Below the pieces are notes generated by a model. It searched no databases. It had not been told where the DNA came from and saw only the letters and a program-made list of their open reading frames with translations. DNA of 64,000 bases from Vulcanimicrobiales bacterium (GTDB lineage: Bacteria > Vulcanimicrobiota > Vulcanimicrobiia > Vulcanimicrobiales > Vulcanimicrobiaceae). The stretch is taken from contig JBBRLI010000001.1 of the NCBI GenBank assembly GCA_038231455.1, forward strand, positions 128,001 to 192,000, written 5' to 3'. A program made the translations under genes and the position numbers. Below are positions 30,474 through 40,989 of the stretch, one piece after another. Position 1 is the first letter of the stretch, and each line of letters opens with the position of its first letter.

Positions 30474-32456
30474 ATGAGAACTCGCATCGTTTCGATCGCG
30501 CTTGCCTGCGCATTTGCCGTCGCGATTCCGGTCGCCGCACAGGCGCGAATGACTGGGTTCACCGTGTCCTCGCGGACCGATGTGCTCGATGGCAAGCCCT
30601 TTGCCGTCGGCCCATACGAAAAGATCGTTGGGACGGCGACGTTTGCCGACGATCCGAGCGACCCGCACGACCGAGGCGTCGTCGATCTTGGGCTCGCGCC
30701 GCGCGATGCAAACGGCCGTGTCGCCTCGCACGCCGACGTGTATATGCTTGCGCCGAAGAATGGTGAGAACGGCAACGGAAACGTACTGCTCGAGGTCAAT
30801 AATCGCGGCGGCAAAGGGATGCTGCGCTTCTTCAACCACGCCAAAAGCTCGCCGGATCCAACAACGGCGCTTGAGTTCGGCGATACATTCTTACTCGATG
30901 CGGGTTACACGTTGGTATGGGTAGGATGGCAGTGGGACGTGCCCCAGCAGCCCGGCAACATGCGCCTTTACGCGCCGGTCGCAACCGAGCGCGGCAAATC
31001 CATCATGGGCCTCGTCCGCTCGGACTTTACGACAACGAAGCCGATCACCGAACAACCACTCTCGCATCGCGATCATATCGCCTACCCGGTCGCGGATGAA
31101 AACGACCCAGCAAACGTGCTCACGATGCGTGAGGGCGTCGCAAAGCCGCGCACCATTATCCCGCATAGCGCCTGGCGTTTGAACGCCGATCGCACCGCGA
31201 TCGTTGGCAATTTTGTCCCCGGCCACATTTACGAATTCGTTTACCGCGCGAAAGACCCGGTCGTCGATGGCTTGGGGATTACAGCCGTGCGTGATTTCAT
31301 CTCGTATCTGAAATACGACCCGACCGCAATCAAGCACGTTCAGCGCGCCTACGGTTTCGGCATCTCGCAGAGCGGCCGGTTTTTGCGTGACATGCTCTAT
31401 CAAGGGTTCAACACCGATGAGTCCGATCGGCTCGTGTTCGACGGCGTGCTCGCGCACGTCGGCGGCGCGGGCCGCGGCGCGTTCAATCTGCGTTTCGGCC
31501 AGCCTTCACGCGACGGCCCAAGCTTCTCGTCGTTCTTTTATCCAGTCGATCTCTTTCCGTTCACCGACGTCGACGAGAGCGATCCGCTCACCAATGCGGT
31601 CGATGGGTTGCTCACGCATTCGCATGCCGATGCGACCAAAGTCAAAGTGATGTTCACGCACACATCGTACGAATATTACGGACGCGCGGCATCGCTGATG
31701 CACACTTCATCCGACGGATTGCGCGACGTCGAACCGGGCCCAAACGCACGCATCTACTTCTTCTCCGGCGGCATGCATTACGTACCGGCGCTTGGATCGC
31801 GCGATCCGCTCGCGCAGCAGCTGCAAACGCCGAGCGACCACACGTTCGCGATGAAAGCGCTGCTCGTGGATCTCGACCAATGGGTGCGCAACGGAACGGC
31901 GCCGCCTCCGAGCAGCGTGCCGAAAATTGCAAACGGTACGCTCGTGCCGCTCGATAAAATTGCGTGGCCGGCAATTCCGGGCTTCGCGCATACGCCGACC
32001 TACCACCGCGTGTGGCGGATGAATTTTGGACCGCAGTTCGCAAACGGCATCGACACGACCGAGCCGCCGATCCTCGGCCAGCAATATCCCGTCCTGCTTC
32101 CGCAAGTCGACAGTGACGGGACGGATCTCGGCGGCATTCGCATGCCCGAAGGCGCCGTGCCGATTGCAACCCTTACCGGGTGGAATCAGCGCGTCGCGGG
32201 CGTCGGCTTCCCGGATGAAAACGTCGACTTCGTGGGCTCGATGGTGCCCTTTGCCAGGACCGCCGCGGAACGCAAAGCCGCGGGCGATCCGCGCCTCTCA
32301 CTCGAAGAACGCTATCCGACGAAAGCCGCATATATGGCACGATACGAAAACTATGTGCGCGGCCTCGCCTCGCAGCGGCTCTTACTCAATGCGGATATCC
32401 CCGTAGAACTCGCGCGCGGCGAGCAGTTTTGGGAGTTCGCAAGCAAACCGCATTAG
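30474..32456 (+). CDS. Secreted alpha/beta-hydrolase-domain protein
   Basis: Signal peptide; GYTLVWVGWQWD, nucleophile elbow GISQSGR, DPRLSLEERY. Confidence 0.75.
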   Translation: MRTRIVSIALACAFAVAIPVAAQARMTGFTVSSRTDVLDGKPFAVGPYEKIVGTATFADDPSDPHDRGVVDLGLAPRDANGRVASHADVYMLAPKNGENGNGNVLLEVNNRGGKGMLRFFNHAKSSPDPTTALEFGDTFLLDAGYTLVWVGWQWDVPQQPGNMRLYAPVATERGKSIMGLVRSDFTTTKPITEQPLSHRDHIAYPVADENDPANVLTMREGVAKPRTIIPHSAWRLNADRTAIVGNFVPGHIYEFVYRAKDPVVDGLGITAVRDFISYLKYDPTAIKHVQRAYGFGISQSGRFLRDMLYQGFNTDESDRLVFDGVLAHVGGAGRGAFNLRFGQPSRDGPSFSSFFYPVDLFPFTDVDESDPLTNAVDGLLTHSHADATKVKVMFTHTSYEYYGRAASLMHTSSDGLRDVEPGPNARIYFFSGGMHYVPALGSRDPLAQQLQTPSDHTFAMKALLVDLDQWVRNGTAPPPSSVPKIANGTLVPLDKIAWPAIPGFAHTPTYHRVWRMNFGPQFANGIDTTEPPILGQQYPVLLPQVDSDGTDLGGIRMPEGAVPIATLTGWNQRVAGVGFPDENVDFVGSMVPFARTAAERKAAGDPRLSLEERYPTKAAYMARYENYVRGLASQRLLLNADIPVELARGEQFWEFASKPH

Positions 32457-32490
32457 GAGCAAGCGTGAGGTGCGGCGAACGCGCCTTGCG

Positions 32491-33477
32491 ATGGAACAGC
32501 AGTATACCGCACTCGTCGCCGAGACGGCCGACGGCCCCGCACCGAAACTCGCATTCAAACAGCTCGACAAACGCGCGCTCGAAGCGGGTGAGGTGCTCGT
32601 GCGCGTGCATGCCGCGGCGCTAAATTACAAAGACGGCCTGGCCTTAACCGGACGCGGAAAGATTCTGCGCAAGTCGCCGATGGTGCCGGGCGTTGAATTC
32701 GCCGGGACGATCGAGCAATCAAACGATCCCGCGTGGCCGGTCGGCAAAGACGTGATGGCGCTGGGCTGGGGGATCGGCGAACGCTTCGATGGCGGTTACG
32801 CGCAGTACGCCTACGCAAAAACGGAATGGCTCGAAGCGCGCCCGGAGATCTTCTCAGCGCAAGACGCGATGGCATTCGGGATTCCGGGCGTGACGGCGAT
32901 GTCGGCGATCATGCGCCTGCGTGAAAACCATCTCCCCGATCGCGCGACCGTGGTCGTTACCGGCGCGGGCGGAGGTGTCGGCGGCATCGCCATTCTGCTC
33001 CTCAAACACTTCGGCTACCATCCCGTTGCGATGAGCGGTCGCCCCGAACTCGAACCGTACTTCAAGTCGCTCGGCGCCGAGAGCGTCGTTTCCCGCGAGT
33101 CGATTCTCGCCGCCACCAAACCGCTCGAAAAAGAAACGTGGGATGGCGCCATCGACAACGTCGGCGGAGACGTGCTTGCCAAACTCTTGCCGCAGATGAA
33201 ATACGGCGCGAGCGTCGCGCTCGTCGGCAACGCAGCGGGCGTCAACTTTTCATCGACGGTCTTTCCGTTTATCTTGCGCGGCGTGAATTTGCTCGGCATC
33301 GAGAGCGTGAACCTCACGATGGCGAAGCGCGCGCAGATCTGGTCCGAAGCGATGCTCTTCCCGTTTGCAAAAATGCATGATTTTATCGAAAAAGTCGCGC
33401 TGGCAGACGTGGAGGCGGCAGCGCACCGCATCGTCGACGGTAAGACGCGCGGACGCGTCGTCGTCACGATCGACTAA
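32491..33477 (+). CDS. MDR-family oxidoreductase, YhdH/AcuI (acryloyl-CoA reductase-like)
   Basis: LNYKDGLA, VTGAGGGVG, IDNVGG, VFPFILRGVNLLGI. Confidence 0.88.
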   Translation: MEQQYTALVAETADGPAPKLAFKQLDKRALEAGEVLVRVHAAALNYKDGLALTGRGKILRKSPMVPGVEFAGTIEQSNDPAWPVGKDVMALGWGIGERFDGGYAQYAYAKTEWLEARPEIFSAQDAMAFGIPGVTAMSAIMRLRENHLPDRATVVVTGAGGGVGGIAILLLKHFGYHPVAMSGRPELEPYFKSLGAESVVSRESILAATKPLEKETWDGAIDNVGGDVLAKLLPQMKYGASVALVGNAAGVNFSSTVFPFILRGVNLLGIESVNLTMAKRAQIWSEAMLFPFAKMHDFIEKVALADVEAAAHRIVDGKTRGRVVVTID

Positions 33478-33555
33478 CCACATTCAAAGCAGCGACAGAA
33501 GTCGCAGCGGGCGCTTGCGAGGCGCGGAGCGCGTCGGGTCCGAATTTCTCACCCT

Positions 33556-35361
33556 ATGAGCACGTACCAAGCCCCCCTTCGCGACATGCACTTTGCGCTC
33601 ACCGAGCTCGCCGACGTGGCGTCGATCGCGGCGCTACCGGGATTTGAAGATACCGCGGATGTCGTCGATGCGATTCTCGAGGAGGCGGGCAACTTTGCCG
33701 CCGAGGTGCTTGATCCACTCAATGTTCCGGGCGACCGCGTCGGCGCGACGTGGTCCGATGGTAACGTAACGACCGCCCCCGGCTTCAAGCAAGCCTACAA
33801 GCAGTTCGCGCAAGCGGGCTGGGTCGGCTTACCGTTTCCCGCCGATCACGGCGGCCAGGGTCTTCCGCAAGTGCTCTCAGCGGCGGTGACCGAGATGTGG
33901 AACGCCTCCAATATGGCCTTCGCGCTCTGCCCGCTCCTGAACCAAGGCGCGATCGAAGCGCTGCTGCTTTGCGGCACCGACGAACAGAAGAAAACCTACG
34001 TGCCCAAACTCGTTTCCGGCGAGTGGACCGGCACGATGGTGCTGACCGAGCCGCAGGCCGGCTCCGATCTTGCTGCCGTGCGCACGCGCGCCGTGCCCGA
34101 GGGCGATCACTACAAGCTCTTCGGACAGAAAATCTACATCACGTACGGCGAACACGATTACGCGGAAAACATCGTGCATCTCGTCCTCGCGCGGACGCCC
34201 GATGCACCCGCCGGCGTCAAAGGCATCTCGCTCTTCATCGTACCGAAATTCCTCAGCAACGCTGACGGCACGCTCGGCGCGCGCAACGACGTGCAGTGCG
34301 CCTCACTCGAACACAAACTCGGCATCCATTCCAGCCCGACCGCCACGCTCAATTACGGCGAGGCCGGCGGCGCGATCGGCTATCTGATCGGCGAAGAGAA
34401 CCGCGGTCTCGAATACATGTTCATCATGATGAACCTCGCGCGCTTCTCGATCGGCGTGCAAGGCATCGGCGTCGCGGACCGCGCGTATCAACACGCGCTC
34501 GCGTACGCCAAGGAACGAACCCAGAGTAAGGACCTCGCGGTCAAAGACCCAACGCCGGTGACGATTATCCACCATCCCGACGTGCGTCGTCTCCTGATGA
34601 CCTCAAAAGCCCAAATCGAAGCGATGCGCGCGCTCGCACTCGTACTTGCATCCGCCATGGATCACGCGCACGCCAACCCCGATGCTGCTGTCCGGGCCGA
34701 GCGCGAAGCATTCGTCGAGCTCATGACGCCGGTCGTCAAAGGTTGGAGCACCGAAAACTCGGTCGAGATCACCAGCAACGCCCTGCAAGTCTTCGGCGGC
34801 ATGGGATTCGTCGAGGAAACGGGCGCGGCACAATACTACCGCGACGCCCGCATCACGACGATCTACGAAGGCACGACGGCAATCCAGGCAAACGCCCTCG
34901 TCGGCCGCGCACTCTTGCGCGACAAAACCGGCACGGTCGCCTCGATCATCGCATCGATGCACACGACGGCAGAGCATCTCGCAGTCAGCAACGACGGTAA
35001 TGTCAAAGCGATCCACCCGCACTTCGTCACCGCGATCGACGCCCTCGATGTAGCCTCTAAGCACCTCATCGCGACTGCGCCAACCGCTTTAAAAGACGCC
35101 TTCGCCGGTTCCGTTCCGTATCTGATGCTCTGGGGCACCGTCGCGGGAGGCTGGCAAATGGCACGTGCGGCGATCGCCGCGAGCAAAAACGCAAGTGATG
35201 AATTCAACGCGGCTAAGATCGTGACGTCGCGCTACTACGCAGAACACATCCTCACCCGCGCCTATCACCTACGCGCTGAAATCATCGAAGGTGGAGCGAC
35301 CGTTAACGCACTTGAAGAGTCCGCATTCGAACTCGACCGCAGGCGCCCGATCCTTGCTTAA
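33556..35361 (+). CDS. Acyl-CoA dehydrogenase (long, DmdC/FadE5-like)
   Basis: GTMVLTEPQAGSDL, GQKIYIT, QVFGGMG, IYEGT. Confidence 0.92.
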   Translation: MSTYQAPLRDMHFALTELADVASIAALPGFEDTADVVDAILEEAGNFAAEVLDPLNVPGDRVGATWSDGNVTTAPGFKQAYKQFAQAGWVGLPFPADHGGQGLPQVLSAAVTEMWNASNMAFALCPLLNQGAIEALLLCGTDEQKKTYVPKLVSGEWTGTMVLTEPQAGSDLAAVRTRAVPEGDHYKLFGQKIYITYGEHDYAENIVHLVLARTPDAPAGVKGISLFIVPKFLSNADGTLGARNDVQCASLEHKLGIHSSPTATLNYGEAGGAIGYLIGEENRGLEYMFIMMNLARFSIGVQGIGVADRAYQHALAYAKERTQSKDLAVKDPTPVTIIHHPDVRRLLMTSKAQIEAMRALALVLASAMDHAHANPDAAVRAEREAFVELMTPVVKGWSTENSVEITSNALQVFGGMGFVEETGAAQYYRDARITTIYEGTTAIQANALVGRALLRDKTGTVASIIASMHTTAEHLAVSNDGNVKAIHPHFVTAIDALDVASKHLIATAPTALKDAFAGSVPYLMLWGTVAGGWQMARAAIAASKNASDEFNAAKIVTSRYYAEHILTRAYHLRAEIIEGGATVNALEESAFELDRRRPILA

Positions 35362-35382
35362 GCGACTCTACCTCGCCTCCAC

Positions 35383-35946
35383 CTAGGATTTCTTTTTACC
35401 TCGATTGATCTCCGCCGCAAGTTCCGGATCGTCAGCCATTTCAATTAGTACTGAGGCCGCAACCGGAATTCTCGAACGCCATTTCCGTAGGACACCGATA
35501 AAGTAAGACCGCGATTGACCGAGTGCCTTGTCGCGCGTGAGATCAGCAATTAAACCAACGTCTTCTTTCTTTGCCAAAATCGATATTGCAACGGCCAGAC
35601 CGTCCTTTAGACCAAGGCCAGTCTTGTGTGGCGCTGCCTTATACAAGTCAACTATTTGCGGAAAAAAGCGGTAAGCTTCCGGCGTTCCCAACGCCCGAGC
35701 AATGCCAGCTTGTATTTTGAAAGAGTATGGCCGAGTTATATGTTTCATCAGCACTGGAATAGCCGGGCCGTACGGCGAGCCGGTATTGACCAAATCCCAA
35801 ACGCTGGACACGCGCACTCCCACGGCGTCTAAGTCGCGGCGAATAGCTTGCTGCTCAGCATCCAATATCTCGCGTTCGATTTTCATATCGAGGGAGCGAT
35901 TGGGCCGTTGATTTGGATCGCTCCGATCCGGACCGTCTACGTTCAT
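35383..35946 (-). CDS. Putative immunity protein (alpha-helical/HEAT-like) for the upstream RHS toxin
   Basis: Small co-oriented ORF starting 32 nt after the toxin stop; lower GC; WDLVNT...AIPVL..H...IARALG. Confidence 0.7.
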   Translation of the reverse strand: MNVDGPDRSDPNQRPNRSLDMKIEREILDAEQQAIRRDLDAVGVRVSSVWDLVNTGSPYGPAIPVLMKHITRPYSFKIQAGIARALGTPEAYRFFPQIVDLYKAAPHKTGLGLKDGLAVAISILAKKEDVGLIADLTRDKALGQSRSYFIGVLRKWRSRIPVAASVLIEMADDPELAAEINRGKKKS

Positions 35947-35978
35947 CTAAAGATCCCTCATCACTAACATGAGCTACT

Positions 35979-38900
35979 TCATTGCTTCTGCACAATTTCT
36001 GGAATAAGTTGGTGGATAATATTTCCAGTCGAAATTAGAGTTTTTAGAGGACCGCTGAGCTTCGTATCTGCGCGAACATATAACACAAAATCTAGGTTAT
36101 TGTCCTTCGCAAAGCTGGCGTAGTCTCGCAACTGTTGAGTATAACTTTGCGTTGTCACGTTCTTAATCTCGGTCAGCGTAGTTTCGGTCAAACCGTCTGG
36201 AATTCGAGTGACCCCTCCGATTTGAATTTTTACTTTTTTACCGATATCGATACCTGGTATAGCCCGAACAGCTTCTTCGCCGCGCCGTCCGACGGCTGCG
36301 GCCGAGCGTCCAGCGCCGGGATGCTCCAGAGCTTCAGTAATTGCTGGTCCATTTCTTGCAGAAAAACTTCCTAGAGCAACCGCCGCTCCGCATAGTATTG
36401 CTAGAGGACCGACGCAGTAGCCGCTGGGATCGCTATAAACATATGCATTATTCCGATTCCACATAAAGGGCATCTGCGAAGCGGGGTCGTGCACTTCTCC
36501 GGCGTACGCATCGGGCGTCGTCCAAGAAGCCAAATTCGAATTGAAGGCTCGCGCCCCGTTAATTTGGAGCTTGCCCAATTTGAAGCCATCGGGGCGAGTG
36601 TATTGCATGAAAGAGTTGGTCGGTGGGGTGAAGCCTGATCTGGCAGCGACCGCGAACGGAGCCGAGTTGTCCGTGGGATTTAGGGGTGTCAGCCAAGATG
36701 AGCCGCTGCTATTCGACGATTGTAAGATCACGTTCGCACTATCCCGATCGTACGTATTCAACCCTGAAAAGTTGCTATCGTGCGGATAAACGTCTCCGTC
36801 AAGGCCGACTTTAAAGTTCACGACGCTTCCACTTGCATCGGAGACGAATAACAACATGTCTCCATCCCAATGCGCCGTCCAAATCGAATTTGAGGTGTTC
36901 GCGTAATTTGGATCGATTGTTCCTGTAAAAAGAACGGGGTGACCATTGGAGCCCCAAGCTATCGATAACGGGCCAGCATCGAATGTTGAGTTCTGTGTCG
37001 CACCGGTCGATGAGCGGTAGGTCGAGGTGGCGCTTTTCGCATGCGTCCAAACTGTGTGATCTGCGAAATCGTAAGCTGCCGGCTCGGTACTCGAGGTTCT
37101 TCGCGTGACCGTCCCACCCCCGGTCTCGGCCGGACCGTCAGATATTGTCGTTTCCGCCATCGTGCTGTTCGTCATTCGACCACTTGCGTCAAACACGAAA
37201 TCCGATGAATTTTCAGAGCCACTACTGAAAGTTGAGTCAGAGTGAACACTAATTCCGTTAATAAAGTCACTGGAGTTATTCTGCGTGACCGCCGAACTGC
37301 CCTCAAACATTTGTGGCATCGACTTGCCAAAACCGTAACTAGGAATTGTCCTTGTATAGCCTTGCAAGACATATGGAATTGGCGAATACTGAGATTGTAT
37401 TAACTCACCCCGAACATTGAAGATATTGGAGACGGACACTGGCGAGCCTGTGGACTGCCCCGCTGTTAAGATCGGATAAACCGACGAGAATCCGGCAGTA
37501 ATCGGATTACCTTCAGCGTCATAGTCGTATGAGAGAGTGCCGGAGGGAACCGTCAACGTTGCAAGTTGCCCAGCTTGATCGTATGTCCGAGATTGGAAGT
37601 CGTTGTTGACAGCTTGGGATTGTAAGCGGCCACCCGCGGTATACAATCTATTCCAAACGGCGGACGCAGATTGGTTGTACGTCTGCTGGGCCAGCAGCCC
37701 GTCTACTCGATAAGAGTACGTGAGTACATTGGGAATGTTGAGAGTCGGTGAAAACACCGAAAGTGACTTCTTCCCACCGTCTGAAAAGTATGAGTACGCA
37801 AGATGGGCAGGATCCGTTATGCCGCCTGCCGTCGGCTCGAGGACGTCGGTTAGTTCGCCGCGGAGATCGTAAGATAAAGTCTCAAGACCAAACTTACTCG
37901 ACGTTAATGTAGCGGGGCGACCAGCTGGGTCGTAGACGATTTGCTCGTTCGGAGTCGTGTTGGCGCCACCGTCGGCATTGGAGGTCGGTGCCAAGTAGGT
38001 TCTGGTGACGATCCTAGCCAGCGCGTCATACGTAATCGACATAACTTCGCCGGTGGGCTTTGTTTCGGTCGCGCGTAAGCCCCAATGGCCTTCGCCGTCA
38101 TACGTATCCACGGTTGCCAATGGCGTGTCCGGGCTACCGGGTTGATATGTGTACTTCGAGAGGGACCGATCCATCGCATCGAAAGAATTTCCACGCACGT
38201 CGGTCATGACGCCAGTCCACGACTGTGTCTTGAAAAGATTGCCGTACGCGCGGAACGTTGGCGATCCTCGAAGAGAGACACTTCCGCCCTGAGAGAGATC
38301 ATAAATATAGCGCATGATCCAAGGAGAGCCATCATATTGCGCTAGGGAGCCGTCTTGATAAGATCGCGGGTCGTGAGGCTGTTGAACTTCTATAAGGCGA
38401 TCGGCACCGTCGTAGAACTTTCGAGTCGGCGATTCGGCACAGCTGGCAAGTGTACAACCCTCATGGCGTAACTCGGACGTAACATCGCCGTCCCTGTCAT
38501 AGGCATATGATGTCCTAACGTTAAGCCGTGCTTCTCCCGGAGACTGAGTCGTGGCGACCGAGCCATCCGGGAAATACGTTGTAGTTGATGCGTAGCCATC
38601 CGGGTCATTCGCTTGGACTATCCTATCGAGCCCATCGTAACTCAGAGACCAAGAGCCGACCCCCTTGCTATAGTTAATAACATTTCCGCGCGTGTCATAC
38701 GAAAACGCCTGAGTCGGGGTGCGCCCGGCATCCTCCGGAATTGGGTCGCCAGTAACCGAAACAGGCAGTCCGTATTCATTCCCTCCCTCCAAATTTGGGT
38801 TATATGCAAAGTGCGTCGCGTACGGTGCTGCACCAGAGCGCGGAGAGGGAGCCTGGATCTGTAAAAGCCGACCGTAGGGTTGATATGCCGGATAGTCCCA

Positions 38901-40835
38901 AGTCATCACCGTCGAGACTGAATTTGCGGGGCACACACCGGGTGGGGGCGGACTCGAATACCAATTCCAATTCAGATTGTTCGTGGCCACTTCATCGCAA
39001 TAGGCCGTGACATTATTATACGCATCGTACGTAAAAAGCTTCGTTGGGCGTAGAGTTCCAGCGGATGTGGTGGTTTGTGGAGCGGCGACCGCAATAGTAT
39101 TGCCGTTAGAATCGTATGCGTAATCAGTCTCGTTGTACGGCCAGGTGATTTGAGATATTTTATTGTTGTTAGAATCCCAGCCTTCTACTTGCGTCAGCCA
39201 CTGGTAACCGTTGTACGTGAGTCGACTCGTCGGCCTACCGGGATCGCTGAACGAGCCGTTTCCGCAACCGTCGATATATTGAACCACTTGATGCCCGTCG
39301 CTGTCGCTATACGAAGTGCTGTTGCAACTCCCGGTTACCGTCTCGTATCGGTACATGAACCAGCCTGTCGGGTATCCTGGCTGCAGCTGCGTGTTCGTAC
39401 CGTCGTTCAGATACGCCGGTCCAGGTGACATTGCGCCATATAGGCCAATTCCAAAAACTTGACCGCTGAGAAAGCCGCGCTCTTGAAAAGCAACATATCC
39501 GCCTTCGTTTCCTTGATTAGCGTATGCACGCGCACCGCCAATATACATGACGTTGTGATAGCCGCCATATAGCTGAGTGGCAAGCTGACCGCTATTGTCC
39601 GGTCCAGGCTTCGAGACCAGCGATAGATTTGAACTGCCATCATAGCTATACGTGATCGCGGCTCCGTCCGGACGGTCGACCTCAGAGAGTAAACGTTGCC
39701 CATTGACATCGGCGAATTTTAAGGTTGCCTGGAGGCATCCACAGTCCGCCGCAACGACGATCTGAGAGAGATTTGCACTGGAGGATGCATCGCCGTTCCA
39801 CGAATACGAAAAATTCAGAGAACTGTGACGGTTTCGCGCCTGTATTGAAACTAATCGCCCGCTATAAGCTGCACTCGCTCCGCTATAATACGGCGAGTAG
39901 AACATATATTGGGTTCCATTCTTCTTTATCCAGAAAAATGAACCACCATCCGGATTGGCAATCAACATCGTTCCTTGCATCCCGGCGGGCGGGACGAGCT
40001 GGCCAGATGCATTGAAGCAATAGTCGTATCGGGCGCCGTCGACGTCATAAACCGAGAATCCTGAGAACCCAGCCCACGAGTAGCCGACATTAGCGCAGTC
40101 GTTTGTCGACATGTGTGCATCGAACGTATTCGTCCACCCATTGCCGTATTGACCAATTTCAGTCGACCCATCGCTGCTTTGATAGTCGTGCCCGCCAAGG
40201 GAATTATACGTCCGACGAAACGCAAGGTCGATGCCGCGATAGGGGATATCAAAATCCGTTGACTGCACAATTAGGTTTTGCCAGTGCGCGTTTATCATCC
40301 AGTGGCCAACCCCTGGGATGTCGCCTTCTTCATAAGACCACCACGGATTAATGCCGGTTACGTTGAGCGTGTTTTGTGTGACCTGCGAGGCGCGACGAGT
40401 TGTACCAGCTCCCCGTTTACCAACCGCAGTCGGCGCCGATGCCGAAGTCGTCGAGGCTGTCGAGATGATTCTGCTCGATGATGCACGACTAAAAAAACGA
40501 ACTACCGCTTCTCCAGAATTGCGCTTACGCTTCGTTCGCATGTCGTCGTCATCATCGCCGATCCGCGGTCCAGGTTGTCGGAGGCCGGCGGCGGGAGCGT
40601 TTTTCGTCGCTATCTTTGGTTTCTCGATGTGCGTCACCGCGGGTAGAGTTGGCTTGGGTTGCGGGCGCTGATGCCGATCGAATTTCTTCGGATCGTCTGG
40701 GAAAAACGAAGGAACGAAATATGAATTCAACGAGCCGCCGCTCGCCGTTCCAGACGCATCGGAGGGCGAGCACGAAATCGCCATAAAAGCAATCGAAAAA
40801 AACGCCGCTAGGGCAGCGCGATAAACCAAGGACAC
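35979..40835 (-). CDS. RHS/YD-repeat polymorphic toxin with signal peptide and C-terminal Tox-REase-7-like nuclease
   Basis: GGAGG SD before GTG 40835; hydrophobic leader; DUF6531-like DLAFRRTYNS; many YD repeats; core end RNNAYVYSDPSG; tip RIPDG...EIKNV...YTQQLRD. Confidence 0.9.
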   Translation of the reverse strand: MSLVYRAALAAFFSIAFMAISCSPSDASGTASGGSLNSYFVPSFFPDDPKKFDRHQRPQPKPTLPAVTHIEKPKIATKNAPAAGLRQPGPRIGDDDDDMRTKRKRNSGEAVVRFFSRASSSRIISTASTTSASAPTAVGKRGAGTTRRASQVTQNTLNVTGINPWWSYEEGDIPGVGHWMINAHWQNLIVQSTDFDIPYRGIDLAFRRTYNSLGGHDYQSSDGSTEIGQYGNGWTNTFDAHMSTNDCANVGYSWAGFSGFSVYDVDGARYDYCFNASGQLVPPAGMQGTMLIANPDGGSFFWIKKNGTQYMFYSPYYSGASAAYSGRLVSIQARNRHSSLNFSYSWNGDASSSANLSQIVVAADCGCLQATLKFADVNGQRLLSEVDRPDGAAITYSYDGSSNLSLVSKPGPDNSGQLATQLYGGYHNVMYIGGARAYANQGNEGGYVAFQERGFLSGQVFGIGLYGAMSPGPAYLNDGTNTQLQPGYPTGWFMYRYETVTGSCNSTSYSDSDGHQVVQYIDGCGNGSFSDPGRPTSRLTYNGYQWLTQVEGWDSNNNKISQITWPYNETDYAYDSNGNTIAVAAPQTTTSAGTLRPTKLFTYDAYNNVTAYCDEVATNNLNWNWYSSPPPPGVCPANSVSTVMTWDYPAYQPYGRLLQIQAPSPRSGAAPYATHFAYNPNLEGGNEYGLPVSVTGDPIPEDAGRTPTQAFSYDTRGNVINYSKGVGSWSLSYDGLDRIVQANDPDGYASTTTYFPDGSVATTQSPGEARLNVRTSYAYDRDGDVTSELRHEGCTLASCAESPTRKFYDGADRLIEVQQPHDPRSYQDGSLAQYDGSPWIMRYIYDLSQGGSVSLRGSPTFRAYGNLFKTQSWTGVMTDVRGNSFDAMDRSLSKYTYQPGSPDTPLATVDTYDGEGHWGLRATETKPTGEVMSITYDALARIVTRTYLAPTSNADGGANTTPNEQIVYDPAGRPATLTSSKFGLETLSYDLRGELTDVLEPTAGGITDPAHLAYSYFSDGGKKSLSVFSPTLNIPNVLTYSYRVDGLLAQQTYNQSASAVWNRLYTAGGRLQSQAVNNDFQSRTYDQAGQLATLTVPSGTLSYDYDAEGNPITAGFSSVYPILTAGQSTGSPVSVSNIFNVRGELIQSQYSPIPYVLQGYTRTIPSYGFGKSMPQMFEGSSAVTQNNSSDFINGISVHSDSTFSSGSENSSDFVFDASGRMTNSTMAETTISDGPAETGGGTVTRRTSSTEPAAYDFADHTVWTHAKSATSTYRSSTGATQNSTFDAGPLSIAWGSNGHPVLFTGTIDPNYANTSNSIWTAHWDGDMLLFVSDASGSVVNFKVGLDGDVYPHDSNFSGLNTYDRDSANVILQSSNSSGSSWLTPLNPTDNSAPFAVAARSGFTPPTNSFMQYTRPDGFKLGKLQINGARAFNSNLASWTTPDAYAGEVHDPASQMPFMWNRNNAYVYSDPSGYCVGPLAILCGAAVALGSFSARNGPAITEALEHPGAGRSAAAVGRRGEEAVRAIPGIDIGKKVKIQIGGVTRIPDGLTETTLTEIKNVTTQSYTQQLRDYASFAKDNNLDFVLYVRADTKLSGPLKTLISTGNIIHQLIPEIVQKQ

Positions 40836-40989
40836 GGGACAACCTCCCACCAGTAGAGGGCACAAACGATGTCCCATGCGCATGATTCGAGCGGCGAAGG
40901 TTGTCGCCGTACCATTACCGTAACGCGGGATACGTCACAGACTACTACGACCTCAAGTGGAGGTCAAGTGGCTGTGCGAACGGCCTCAC

